DNA of 64,000 nucleotides from Octopus bimaculoides (Eukaryota). Within the stretch, counting starts at the first letter, position 1; each line of letters begins with the position of its first letter. This document shows, piece after piece, positions 53,139-64,000 of the stretch. Both the position numbers and the translations under genes were made by a program. The stretch covers positions 62,945,133 to 63,009,132 of the forward strand of contig NC_068983.1 in NCBI RefSeq assembly GCF_001194135.2. Direction: 5' to 3'. A model generated the notes under the pieces. It did not search any database. It was not told where the DNA came from and saw nothing but the letters and a program-made list of their open reading frames with translations.

Positions 53139-53370
53139 GTGTGTGTGTGTGTATGCGCGCGCGCGCACATTTGTGTGTCTGCGTTTGTCCTGCCATCGCT
53201 TGACAACAGATGGTGGTGTGTTTATGTACTCGTAACCTAGTAGTTCGGTAAAATTGACCGATAGAAGAAGCACTAGGCTTACAAAGAATAAGTCCTGGAG
53301 TCCATTTCTTCGACGAAAACCTTTTAAGTCAGTGCTCCGGCATAACTGCAGCTAAATTACTGAAACATAT
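52915..53370 (+). mobile_element. SINE family B copy with a long internal (TG)n (another copy at ~5775-5990)
   Basis: accttgggcaagtgtcttcta..gaccaaagccttgtgagcggattt..aagaagctcgtcg(ta)n(tg)n..accgatagaa. Confidence 0.85.
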
Positions 53371-53699
53371 AAAAGAATAAAAGAATATATATATATATTA
53401 CAATATAATATATACGCGCGCACACACAGACACACGTTCACACACACACATACACACACATACACATACACACAGAACGCCTATCAGATGTGAGTTCGAG
53501 TTCCACAGGCAACCTTCAACTATCCAAGGGTTTTTGACCCAATATTTACACACTATTATCCATAGTTTTATATGCTTCGAGGTTTACCGTTCCTAAAAAG
53601 AATGATTTCATGTTCTCGAAGTTTCTAAATTCTTAAGATGTCAAAAAAGTTGGCTTCACCACGAAGATGTCCCAGCTCCGATCGCACTGAGTGGCATTT

Positions 53700-55150
53700 T
53701 AGGCAAGTTTCTTTACTATTGTCTCAAGTCAACCCAATGAGTTAAATAGGGTACCAAGGTGAACATGGAGCAACCACACGAGTCATCTATATTGTATATA
53801 GGTAGAGTACTTGTTAGGTCAGAGGATGGAGAGAGCGTACGTTGTCTACATTTCAAATTTGTTGACTACACAGACCATACATTCGCGATCTACACACTCG
53901 ATATGGATAGGACCCGTAGACAGAGACCTGGTTACTGGATGTTGAACGCGTCCTTACCAGCACGCAAAGACTACAAGGATCAGATTAGCGAACTAATTAA
54001 GCGGCAGTTGACGGTATTGTTAACGAGTGGTAGATCGCCTGATGAAGGCGATTATAGTAGAATAGATAGCGTTTCTATAGAGCAAGCTATAGCGAGAAAT
54101 AGGGAGAACTAGTTATCAAACTAGAAAAGGTGATTAGTAACGTCATCGAAACCTTTTCTTGAACGTTTCACTCGAAACACGAAGGATGTGTTGTCAGAGC
54201 CAAGACTCGTGCACTCAAACACGATGGAAATAAAGCCGTCCGATGTGCCCGAAAGGTGGAGATGCAGTTTGGTAACAACTCTACAATCAGATATATTTGA
54301 TGGATTGGGAGGGAGTGCGTGCTACTCAGTTACGAATAAATGTTTGTGGCTTTCCTGCAGCACTTTGCGTGGCTCTTCGGGGAAGGCGATGAGTCGACGG
54401 TAGTAGTGGACATTAGTTAGCAGCACCTGTACGGCCTGCACGGCTCTCGGCAGCGGACACAAGGTTCTGCGAAAAGCCGATAACAACCACAGAAAACGGG
54501 GATGGAGGGGCGGCGATGAGCGATTGCACAAGTCACCAATCTGTGGGTCTGGATGGTCTGCTTTATGAATTATACGTGCTCATGCCATATTTGTTTGTCG
54601 GCCATTTGACAGACGTCTATCCTAACAGGTAGCAGGATGGGAGAATTTTTATTGTACTTAGCTGGGGTGTGGTAACACTGCCGAGGAAGGACGCCAACAT
54701 TGAGAACGTTCTAGGGACTTTTCGGCCCATAATTCTGCTAAGTTTAAAATTTTGGCAAAGGTGTTAGCGAAAAGGTTGACGCTTGTCGTCGGTAGTCTGG
54801 TCGGGAAAGCGCAAAAGTGTGCAATCTAATCGACAACAACCTCCACCTTAGGCGATACATCGGCTTCGGTGGGGTTCTGATCAATTTGAATCAGTCTCAA
54901 ACATTTGATCGGGTAGACCATCGTTTCTTGGATGCCATCCTGAAAGCGGCCGGTTTCGAATCTGTTTTCGCTGCAATGGACAGCGACACCTGTTCGGTGA
55001 TCAAAGTAAACGGTCACCTATCAGAACTGTATCGCATCGCACGGTCGGTCCGTCATGGCTACCAGCTGTCACCTTCTTTGGGGACGTGGAGAAAACTTGG
55101 CGGACCTAGCACATGTTGAACGGTTGAGACGTGACCGTTCACTCTGACCA
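53700..55150 (+). mobile_element. Tx1/L1-clade LINE ORF2 remnant (end of endonuclease to RT)
   Basis: RPGYWMLNASL, GVVTLPRKD..FRPIILL, KILAKVLAKRL, LINLNQSQTFDRVDHRFL. Multiple frameshifts and stops. Confidence 0.82.
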
Positions 55151-55159
55151 CTGAACAGA

Positions 55160-55700
55160 TGTCGTTGTGCATTGCAGTGATCCATCCCCTGAATACAGGC
55201 TCAAAACCACTAGCAAAATAATTTGCCAATCACCAACGACAACAACATCAGCAACAACTCATAAAGTAACAACAATTACAACGATGATAGCATATATACT
55301 GTTACCATGGCTACAGAAAGTAGCCACTGAAGAAGAAATAGCAAAGTTGGATTGAAAGACGTGAAAGTTAATGTCAATGTACGGCGCCTCACAAGGATTA
55401 GCAAATATAAATAGATCTATAATATAAGGAGTGAAAGGAGAATGTTTGCAGAATATTTGATAAATAGTAAGAATTGTTGCTACATGCAGCAGAAGATATG
55501 GATAGAGATGCAGATGAAATGTTTGGTAGGGAAATGTTCGGTAACCAGAGTTGAAGAGAAAACAGATCATCTGGAAATGGGAACGGATGGCCAGTTTAAA
55601 AGAAATACACAGAATATCAAGGATAAAACAACATGATAGCCATGATTTAAGCGATGCAGTTCGAAGCGTACCACTGAAGGCTGTATAACTGCAACGCAAT
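55160..55700 (+). mobile_element. Degraded R4/Dong-like LINE fragment
   Basis: Weak resemblance to the region preceding the WL..G.LK motif of this clade, and clustered with other such fragments. Confidence 0.35.
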
Positions 55701-55869
55701 ATCGAGTTTTTAATATCATTTCGGTGAAGTATAACATTTATAAACTTCTGAGATTCAGGAATGCATACTCTGTGAAAGGAATGTAGAAAATATAACCCAT
55801 CTAGTATGGGTTACATACAAGCAATGCCATGATGAAGTCTTTACCTTCATTGGCTTTTATGTCGTAAAT

Positions 55870-56086
55870 ACTTTTCTACTCTAGGCACGAGGTCCGAAAT
55901 TTTGGGGGGAAGGGGGTTAGTCGATTTAATAGATCCCAATTTGCAACTGGTACTTAATTTATCGACCCTGAAAGGATGAAACGCAAAGTCAATCTCAGCG
56001 GAATTTGAACTCAGAACGTAAAGACAGACGAAATACCGTTAAACATTTCGCCCGGCGTGCTAACGTTTCTGCCAGCTCGCCGCCTT
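55870..56086 (-). mobile_element. SINE family A copy (an older copy at ~57232-57425)
   Basis: Complete unit from ctctaggcacgagg to gccagctcgccgcc. Confidence 0.88.
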
Positions 56087-56169
56087 TTTTATGTCGTAAA
56101 TACTAACAAAAGCAGTAACAAAGAATCGGTGTGAACATGAGCCTAGTAAAGTAACGCAGGAGGAAGGAA

Positions 56170-56575
56170 AGGCAACAACATATTGTGGAAATATGAATTT
56201 CTAATTGATAGAGTAACTGATCATCGCTGCCTGTACAAGGTCGTATTAAACAAGAAACATGAATACTGTGCGATCATTGACATAGCCATAGCAAATGACG
56301 TGATTGCTGCGACTGAAAAATATCACCGAGTATTTCGAACTGAAAGCAGAGATAACAAGACTGTTTGAAATGTGTGAAAGTGATGTAAAAGTGATACTAC
56401 TTGTGATCAGAGCATTAGAGTCAATCCCATTGAAAATTCAAACTTTCTTAAAGTGGTTGGGAATACCATGCAAGATATGTGTTATGCATCAAGCAGCCTT
56501 GCTAGGTACTGCGCATAGTTACTACACTAGGTGCTGCACAGGAAAGTATTATCTGTCTGAAGTCCTTGTTGTGAC
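56170..56575 (+). mobile_element. Degraded R4/Dong-like endonuclease fragment
   Basis: LWKYEFLIDRVTDH..CAIIDIAI..ELKAEITRLF..LVIRALE..MHQAALLGTAH. Confidence 0.72.
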
Positions 56576-56616
56576 TTGACAGATGACTAAATACGCCGGT
56601 GCATTTCCCACCTACA

Positions 56617-57060
56617 CTGTGTGATAAAGTAAAGGCCAATAGACCAGATATAGTTGTCAAAGATCATGAAGGAAAAAAATGCTTCCTAATTGATGTATCA
56701 ATACCAGCAGATGACAACGTTTCCCTAAAAGAAATGGAGAAACTTTCAAAATACAAAGACCTGAAAATAGAGGTAACTCGAATGTGGAATCTAAAAACAG
56801 AAACAATTCCTATCATAGTAGGTGCCTTAGGTATAATAAAAAAAATATTCAGACAAATACATAACAAAAACACCAGGACGTACAAATATATATATAACAT
56901 ACAGAAAATTGCACTACTGGGCACTGCACACATCCTACGCAAAACACTTTCAATACAGTAACCATAAGAGCATCACAGCAAGCCACAGAACATACCCAAG
57001 GCACACAGAGCTGCGCTCGGTAGTGAAGTGAAAGCACGTTAAAAAATAAAACTACTGAAC

Positions 57061-57122
<62 letters not shown>

Positions 57123-57123
57123 C

Positions 57124-57210
<87 letters not shown>
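56617..57210 (+). mobile_element. Young 5'-truncated R4/Dong-like LINE with long (AAT)n tail
   Basis: KANRPDIVVKDHEGKKCFLIDVSIPADDNVSLKEMEKLSKYKDLKIEVTRMWNLKTETIPIIVGALG..GTAHILRKTLSIQ*, 3' UTR, then (AAT)n ~57060-57210. Confidence 0.92.
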
Positions 57211-57211
<1 letters not shown>

Positions 57212-57559
57212 GCAACAGTAGTAGCAGCAGCAGCTTTAAATTTGAACGCAAGGCCAGCTGGTTTTTTTATAGGATGAGGTAAGTCGATTACAATGATCTC
57301 AGTGTTCAACTGCTACTTATATAATCGACTCCGAAAGTATGAGAGGAATATTTAACCCCAGCGTGCGTTATTTGAACTCTGAACATAAAGAGTGCGGAGA
57401 AATGCTGCTTAGCATTTTGTCCCATAAGTCTTACATATAATTATTCATTACAAAGGCAAATAGCAAAATCGGAGATCAGGTGCACTATTCGCGGAAACGA
57501 CCAAGGAAATACATTGGTGTACGAAAAAAAATGTACATAAAAGAAATGGAATGGGACGA

Positions 57560-59040
57560 GCAGTTAGGGTTACATCCCAGTGGACTTAAACATGGAGCCT
57601 CTAAGATCCAAAATTTCTGATTTCAAAAGACGAGTGCCTTCCCCCAGATGAGTCCTGCCTGTGTAAGCAGATATTTGGTGCATTCACGCTGGTCACTCTT
57701 GCTACTCTCACTCCCCATCCAGCAAACTTACTAGTAACCAGCATCTTCCTCTCCTCCTTCTCCAAGTGAAAGAAAATTAGTCAAAGAGTAGCGCTTGCCT
57801 TCGGTGCATTCAATGTTATGTTTTTTTCATCATGGTCACCAAACGGGGGAAAGCTGTCTGTCCTTTCCGCCCAGGGGAAAATGATTGAGTGATACTCCCA
57901 CGGACTCGGCTAATAGCTCAATCCGTTCTACCGCAGTAACAGCATTTCAACTCCAAAACTTAGCTATGCTCAGACACTGAGTGAGTATATGCATGGAAGA
58001 CAGTTTTATCCATTTGTGCATATCTTGAAGAGGCCCAGCTGATGGCACTGCCGTGTCCATGGTGTTAATGCACAACGATCAGCGTCTCTATAGTACTGTC
58101 AGGTCAGGGGTTTCTGAAATTTGTTAAAATGTTTCAGAATGGAATCGGCTGTTAAAGAGATCTCTATCCAAACCCCATAGAACTCCAAGAACATGACCGA
58201 TGATGTCCATCAATAGCCTTCTCCGTATGACATGGCTGATGTACCACCAGTTGTATCCCTGACTGGTAGATAACTATTACCATTTGACAAGTAACCGGTG
58301 TGAGGTGCTCAAAAACGCTTCTCTTGCTTTAGGACTGACTGCAAACCCAGCAAGGGTTAAATGTGAAGAAAACTTCTTTAACTAATGGTGACAACACTCT
58401 GAACGTCCAACACCATCTGCAGATTCTGCAGTGGAAGTGCATTAGTGCCATGACATCCTGAATCTTCTGCACAATTGGGTTGGGCTTGGTAGCAAGAGGA
58501 CATTCTTAACAGCGAACTACATCCCATCTACAGAAAGTTAGAGCAAACACTACAACCTCTTCAGATGAAATCTGGAGTAGGGCACAACGGTCTAATTATA
58601 ATACATGATGGATGCAATGTATGAGATCAGCACCTCTACTCATTCTCCTTGGGTTATCTTCTACACTAACCTCTGCGTTTGACTGGCCATATTTCTCGTA
58701 ATACCATCCCCGTCTTTTATTCACCTAGCAATCCGGCTCTGAATCAGATCGAAGGCCTCTCAACGGAACACTAGATCCAGTGAACCACATTGCTGAATAT
58801 CACGTATCTACCATTCCAAGTACAACTTGTTCAATTAACGTGTGCTTCTGCTATTACTTCATATTATTTCAGCAGAGTATCTCACCATCTCGGTCACTAT
58901 CATGTTAAACACATCCATAGTGACACCAGCCACATTTGCCAGCAAGGCCTTTCGATTCTCAGTTCGTTTGTGTGCCACTCAACACCTATGGCTTCTGCAG
59001 TAACCATTTATTGCCAAAATGTAGTGGGGTAAATGAGAAA
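57560..59040 (-). mobile_element. Highly decayed Tx1/L1-like LINE 3' region
   Basis: Segment near 57940-58030 resembles the C-x2-C..ETVLH..QC zinc finger of the copy at 62600-62700. Segment near 58930-58990 resembles the W..R.LSLKGR.LVANV block. Confidence 0.5.
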
Positions 59041-59199
59041 GTGACTCTGAGATGGACTCAGTATACAATTCGAAACTTCTGATATGTAGCTTTATAGTTT
59101 GATCATGGAGCAGACGTTCTTGTACAGTAATACAGTCTAGTTTATTAACGGGATTGAAGCATGTTATACTGAGATCGCCAAAAGGTTTTGAAGCAGGTG

Positions 59200-59760
59200 C
59201 TGCTGAATACTTTGGATTGGTGCGAAAGGATCAGACACAAGGATCACACACCGAAGCTATATACGAATTTTAGTAGTCGCATGCACTGTTATAAATCATG
59301 TGATATGGAGACCTGCCAAGAATCACATAAGTTTCCCTGCCACCTGCCATGCTATAGATGACAAGTACCAGGCTATTTAATGATTTATTTGGTTAAACTA
59401 AAATTATTAATGGTGTATCTCCCTTGGTTGCAGCCTTCCATATCAGCACCCCCTACTTCGTGGATTACATGGCTGAGAATACTTCCAAGTTTATAAACGG
59501 TACTGATACACTTCCACCTATAGATGAGCGAACACGTTTAGTATGTAACCATGCATATCGTAAGTAAATTATCTAGTGCGTGAGGATTGCATGGCACAAG
59601 ATTATTAACAGCCAGGTATATCCCAATAGGTTCTTTCTAATTTTTGCAACATTCGCACATTCTGTCAAGAGCTGCAAGAGCCCGTCGTATTAGGCGCTAA
59701 AGATTTATAATCTGCCACAACCTTACAAATAACTAAGCTAAGTATTGCTGAAAAACAAAC
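59200..59760 (-). mobile_element. Possible RTE-like LINE relic
   Basis: Faint RW(Q)GH..-like and post-RT remnants only. Heavily degraded. Confidence 0.3.
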
Positions 59761-60289
59761 ACCTCTCCATGGAACTGCTTAGCATACCAACGCCGTGGTA
59801 CACTACAGACTCGATTTTGATTACTATGTTCTCTCTTGGCCCATGTCACATTTTGAATCGCTTGTATTTCCTTGTTTTGCCACATTTCTCTAATTAAAGT
59901 TGGCCATGGTGTTAATGTGCTCTGCATTAATTGCCTTGTGTAAATCATGCTCACCTCCTCTTTACTGTTGGTGGATTTTCTAGGATGTCAAACTTTTGAA
60001 AATTATCACTATTCGGTTGCTGCATGGGATCAATGTTGTGATTGGTTTTATTACGTTTCATCACGATTACAACCCATAATCTAGGATAACAAGTTCTTCT
60101 TACCGACTTCCTCGGTTTCTGATCTGATAGGGAGTATAATGAAACCGACTTCAATACCGTGTAACACCAGGATAAAAATAGAATTCAAGAGTTTGATATT
60201 CCAGAAATAGAAAAATAAGGTGAGTATCTTTAGGCTTAGCGAATGAAACTGAAATCTTTGAGGAGTTGATAACAGAAACGGGAGAGGAG

Positions 60290-60600
60290 ACAAATACACA
60301 CTGATACAATCAGCAAGCCTGTACCGATATCATGGGCAAGAAGGATAAGAGATGTATACTTATTGATATTACAATTCCTACCGCAACAACCAATTCAGAG
60401 AAATGAACCACGTATAAGGTCCATGAAATCGAAATCAAAAGGTGTGTGAAGACCAAAATAATTCTTGATTATCGTAATTCAAGGATTAAAAAAAATGGAA
60501 ATCGAAAAGTTCACTAATCGTAACCTAAGCAACAACAATATCTGCGCAGTCTACGACATACCTTAGTGGGAACAGCCAGCATACAATTCAGAGTCAATCT
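60290..60600 (+). mobile_element. Degraded R4/Dong-like endonuclease fragment
   Basis: Remnants PDI..K.DKRCILIDITIP..EK..YK..EIEIKR and LVGTA. Confidence 0.5.
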
Positions 60601-61000
60601 CTCAGCAAAGCAGTTGGTCCATGTCTACACTGCCGCATAAAGGAAATCACGTCGGTACCTGTCAGACAGTTGGGACTGGCTGATCAGGCGCTTGGGGCTA
60701 TTGCCCCTCCCTCTCCTATCAGCTTCTTCCATACAACCCCAGCGTTGGTCTAAGATTCCATTCCAGTTCCCCACTAACAGTAAAAGGCGAGACGTACATA
60801 GAAAGGCTTCCAGACGCCTAAAGAGATCTGGCTGTTTCACTCCGGTTGGGGCGTAGACAGCTACCAGTCTAAAGACACCACTATCACTATTGCTCACGTC
60901 CAGGACCAACAACTTCTCGTCCAGGTTCCAGAAGATCGACCTTACCTCGAGATCCAGTTCTTTTCTAAACAGCACTGCCACTCAGTCAACTACTAGATGC
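60600..61000 (-). mobile_element. Tx1/L1-like APE endonuclease fragment
   Basis: VAVLFRKELDL..LLVLDV..FRLVAVYAPT..LLLVGNWNGILD..LSDRYR is a typical LINE AP-endonuclease core. Confidence 0.85.
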
Positions 61001-62189
61001 AAAGATCTGATAGTCGTTGAACATAGAGGCCAGTGCACGAAAGCCTGGTCTCACTGACAGCATTTACATCCAATTCTAAAGACTTGAGATCGTTCAGTAG
61101 GTGCCCTTGCTTCCAAGGCAACCCAAGGCCTAGAATATTTAGAATTCCTACTTTTAATATGGTTATGTTGGCAAGCTAAAGAAATAATGGAATGGTTTAC
61201 TTACATCTCGGTGTCTTGTGAGGTCGGGTGATTCGACTTTCATAATCGATAGGGGTTTTTTGAGGAACCCCTTTAAGAATCTCGATGTGGGTCTCACGTT
61301 CATGGTTCCCATGTCCCCAATAAAGCTCTCTAGAATTTTTGTGTAGGAATCAATCGACATTTGTACTAGAAGTAAATCTCACACACGAAATGTGCTCGAT
61401 TCGAAAATCACTGTCCTTGTGTCAAATTCAATGTTTTGTGTTACGAGGTACATCAGTTCCTCGTAATCTCTTCTGATGAGTACGTAGCTGGGTGTTTTAT
61501 TTTTCCAGGTCAACCCTGGATCAGTCCTCCCTGGCAGTTTTTGTCACCTCTATCGGGACGGTATCCGCCTTTTCCACAATTACATATCCCAGACGAACCT
61601 AGGAATGCGGACACGTACTGTACGTTTCCCCGTGTGGGAGGGGTACATAATGACTTTGCTGGTTTTGCAAGAGGTCATTGAATGTTACATAGCGAGGGCT
61701 TTTGATTGAAACAACACCGAAATGGTGCCGTATTGTTTTCCCATTGCTATGTACTCGGTGTCATCTCTGATGCACCTCAGCGTCGCTTCAGTATCTACTT
61801 GGGCTTTTCGTCTATTTTGAGATGCATCTTAAAAAGCATCGTTCTTTTCTCCACTGCTTCAATTGCCTCTGTCGGAATAGTTAGGTTGACCCAGGTTTCT
61901 TCTTCTGCTGCTGCTGCTGTTGTCACTGCTACCGCTGTTGATGTTATTGCTACTACTGCTGTTACTACGAAGAATAATAATAGTTATTATAATTATGACT
62001 TCTTTTATTGGCCACAAGGGCCCAAGACATGGAGGACAATATTAAAGTATGAGATGCAGCACGAAAAACAGGTGGGGTTTACATCGATCAAGGGTGGCAC
62101 TATAACATTAAGGGATATAACAAAAGGATATATAAATAGAAATTTAAAAATAAATAATAAATAAATTGAATTGCCAACAACAATGTAGT

Positions 62190-63150
62190 CCACTTAGGGT
62201 AAATCGGAACCCCACCACCGAACTACCTGGGTTACGTTACTCTGCGATCCTGAAGACATGAGAAGTACCATCTTCCAGTTTCTCTCCTACTACTTAGCAA
62301 AGCATATTCAGAATAGATCCAATTAGCCTCAACAACCATATCACTCTCGCCCACCTTTTAATAAACACACTAGAAGGCAGCGCCTCCTTCTCCATCCTAC
62401 GTTCCGCTTCAAATGATATTTGAAGAGATTGGTGAGAGTTTGGCTAGATACGAAAGTACCAGTCTATTGACCTTACAGACGAGTCGACTACCCGGCCTTT
62501 GTTGTCACAGCCACTAAACGGAGAAATATCTGCCTCCCCTCTTTGCTGGAGGAAGGTGGTGTTTTGATCTTTAATACCCACTCGGTACGCAACTGGATTC
62601 GTCTTACACGGGACAGCAGCTGCTCAACACAAGCTAACAAGTCTCTAATGCACAGACACTGAACAATTACATGCAGGACGGTTTCGTCTCTCTGGGTGCA
62701 TCTCGCGCAAGTTCGGCTGTTGGCACTTCCATGCTTGAAGAGCTTGTCTCGAACAGGCAATGTCACTGTTATACTATCATGCGAAAGACCTTTGGAAATT
62801 GCCCATGATCTAGGACTCAAACATACTTCAAAAGAGACCACTCAGACTGTTCTCGTCGATGCCCCAGAGTTAATCCTAGGTCATCGATGCTCATGCCCTC
62901 AACTCGCCCCTTATAGAAATCTAGACCTATTTTCCCGCTAACGGCTTTGTCCAGCTGGTACAATTCAGTGAGCGCCCAGCGACATTCTAGATGCCAACAC
63001 CTAATATCTATGTTAACATTCCATCTATGACGGCAGTTCACCCAATAAGATGAGATGCTGAAAGAAGTGTCGTATGAAAGACGCACACACCAGTTCACCC
63101 TTATTCGCGTCACCGTCGTTCACACCATCTCAGTGATTTAGATATTTCTG
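62190..63150 (-). mobile_element. Tx1/L1-like LINE C-terminal zinc-finger region and 3' end
   Basis: LPVRDKLFKHG..TCARCTQRDETVLHVIVQC, followed by FFKYHLKR and SVFIKRWARV remnants. Confidence 0.8.
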
Positions 63151-63225
63151 TCCAGCGTTCACCATGATAGATCGCTAGCCACTATACCTTTTTCTATTTT
63201 CTTTCCCTGTTTATTTCTATGTTCC

Positions 63226-63259
63226 TTTCTGTCGAAGAGCGTAGGCTCGAAACGTAAAA
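63226..63259 (+). ncRNA. Degenerate minimal hammerhead-like motif from a second element family
   Basis: UUU-CUGUCGA-A-GAGC(GUAG)GCUC-GAA-ACGU-A-AAA. Core position 6 is U rather than A, and stem III is the palindrome ACGU. Confidence 0.4.
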
Positions 63260-63388
63260 TACTTTCTCACTTCCCGAGCGTTAAACTAATACATATGTTG
63301 GTTGTCTACACACCCGTCTTCGCCTTTTGTTTTTTGTAAATTCTCACAACATACATACATACATACATACATACATACATACATGCAT

Positions 63389-63425
<37 letters not shown>

Positions 63426-64000
63426 NNNNNNNNNNNNNNNNNNNNNNNNNNNNNNNNNNNNNNNNNNNNNNNNNNNNNNNNNNNNNNNNNNNNNNNNNNN
63501 NNNNNNNNNNNNNNNNNNNNNNNNNNNNNNNNNNNNNNNNNNNNNNNNNNNNNNNNNNNNNNNNNNNNNNNNNNNNNNNNNNNNNNNNNNNNNNNNNNNN
63601 NNNNNNNNNNNNNNNNNNNNNNNNNNNNNNNNNNNNNNNNNNNNNNNNNNNTATATATAATACATTCATACATAATACACACACAGATATATATGTACAT
63701 ATAAATGTACATATGCCATTGCTGTTAGTTATTATATATCGTGCCATGAAGCTTTATATTCAATACTCTTGAATAATTACCAAACGACAAACTAAAACGG
63801 CTCAACATTTCGAATATCCAGAAGGTATAGTTGATAAATATAGGTATTGCGTAGGCCATGAATGCTACTAAGGTAAGCATTGTAGCGATATATTAATATT
63901 GGTCATTGAAATGAGTTATTTTGCAGTCTAGGAATGATAACATTGAATACGTTTTTACAAGTGGCTGCTCTGGTTATTGAAAAAACAGTTTTAAAGCGAG

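Noticed and set aside
57560-59040. Possible Academ/XPG-type DNA transposase (VFHAYT.. motif and Cys-rich patch)
   Set aside because: The motif order is wrong, and the sequence aligns better with the Tx1-like zinc-finger region at 62600-62700.

Overview
AT-rich, microsatellite-dense eukaryotic genomic DNA with 14 N-gaps (~5.7 kb). The repeat content and the neuropeptide suggest a coleoid cephalopod, probably Octopus (inference). Only one intact host gene segment is visible: the coding exon of an FxRIamide/FLRIamide-family neuropeptide precursor (50236-51015, +, 259 aa). It has a signal peptide, acidic spacers, 9 RIG and 1 RLG amidation units plus 1 degenerate unit, and sits behind a clear 3' splice site, so its 5' UTR exon(s) lie upstream. 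The rest is transposon debris: a full-length decayed DD34D mariner, a Tc1-like element with D-36-E spacing, Tx1/L1-like, HERO-like and R4/Dong-like LINE fragments, at least three tRNA-derived SINE families, and element ends carrying minimal hammerhead-ribozyme-like motifs of the Penelope type. I found no convincing wholly new multi-gene system. The best leads are the hammerhead-like motifs, the non-canonical peptides and cassette structure of the precursor, nested inverted SINEs upstream of the exon (possible ADAR substrate), and an (AAT)n-targeted LINE pile-up. Repeat boundaries were set by eye and are approximate unless TSD/TIR coordinates are given.
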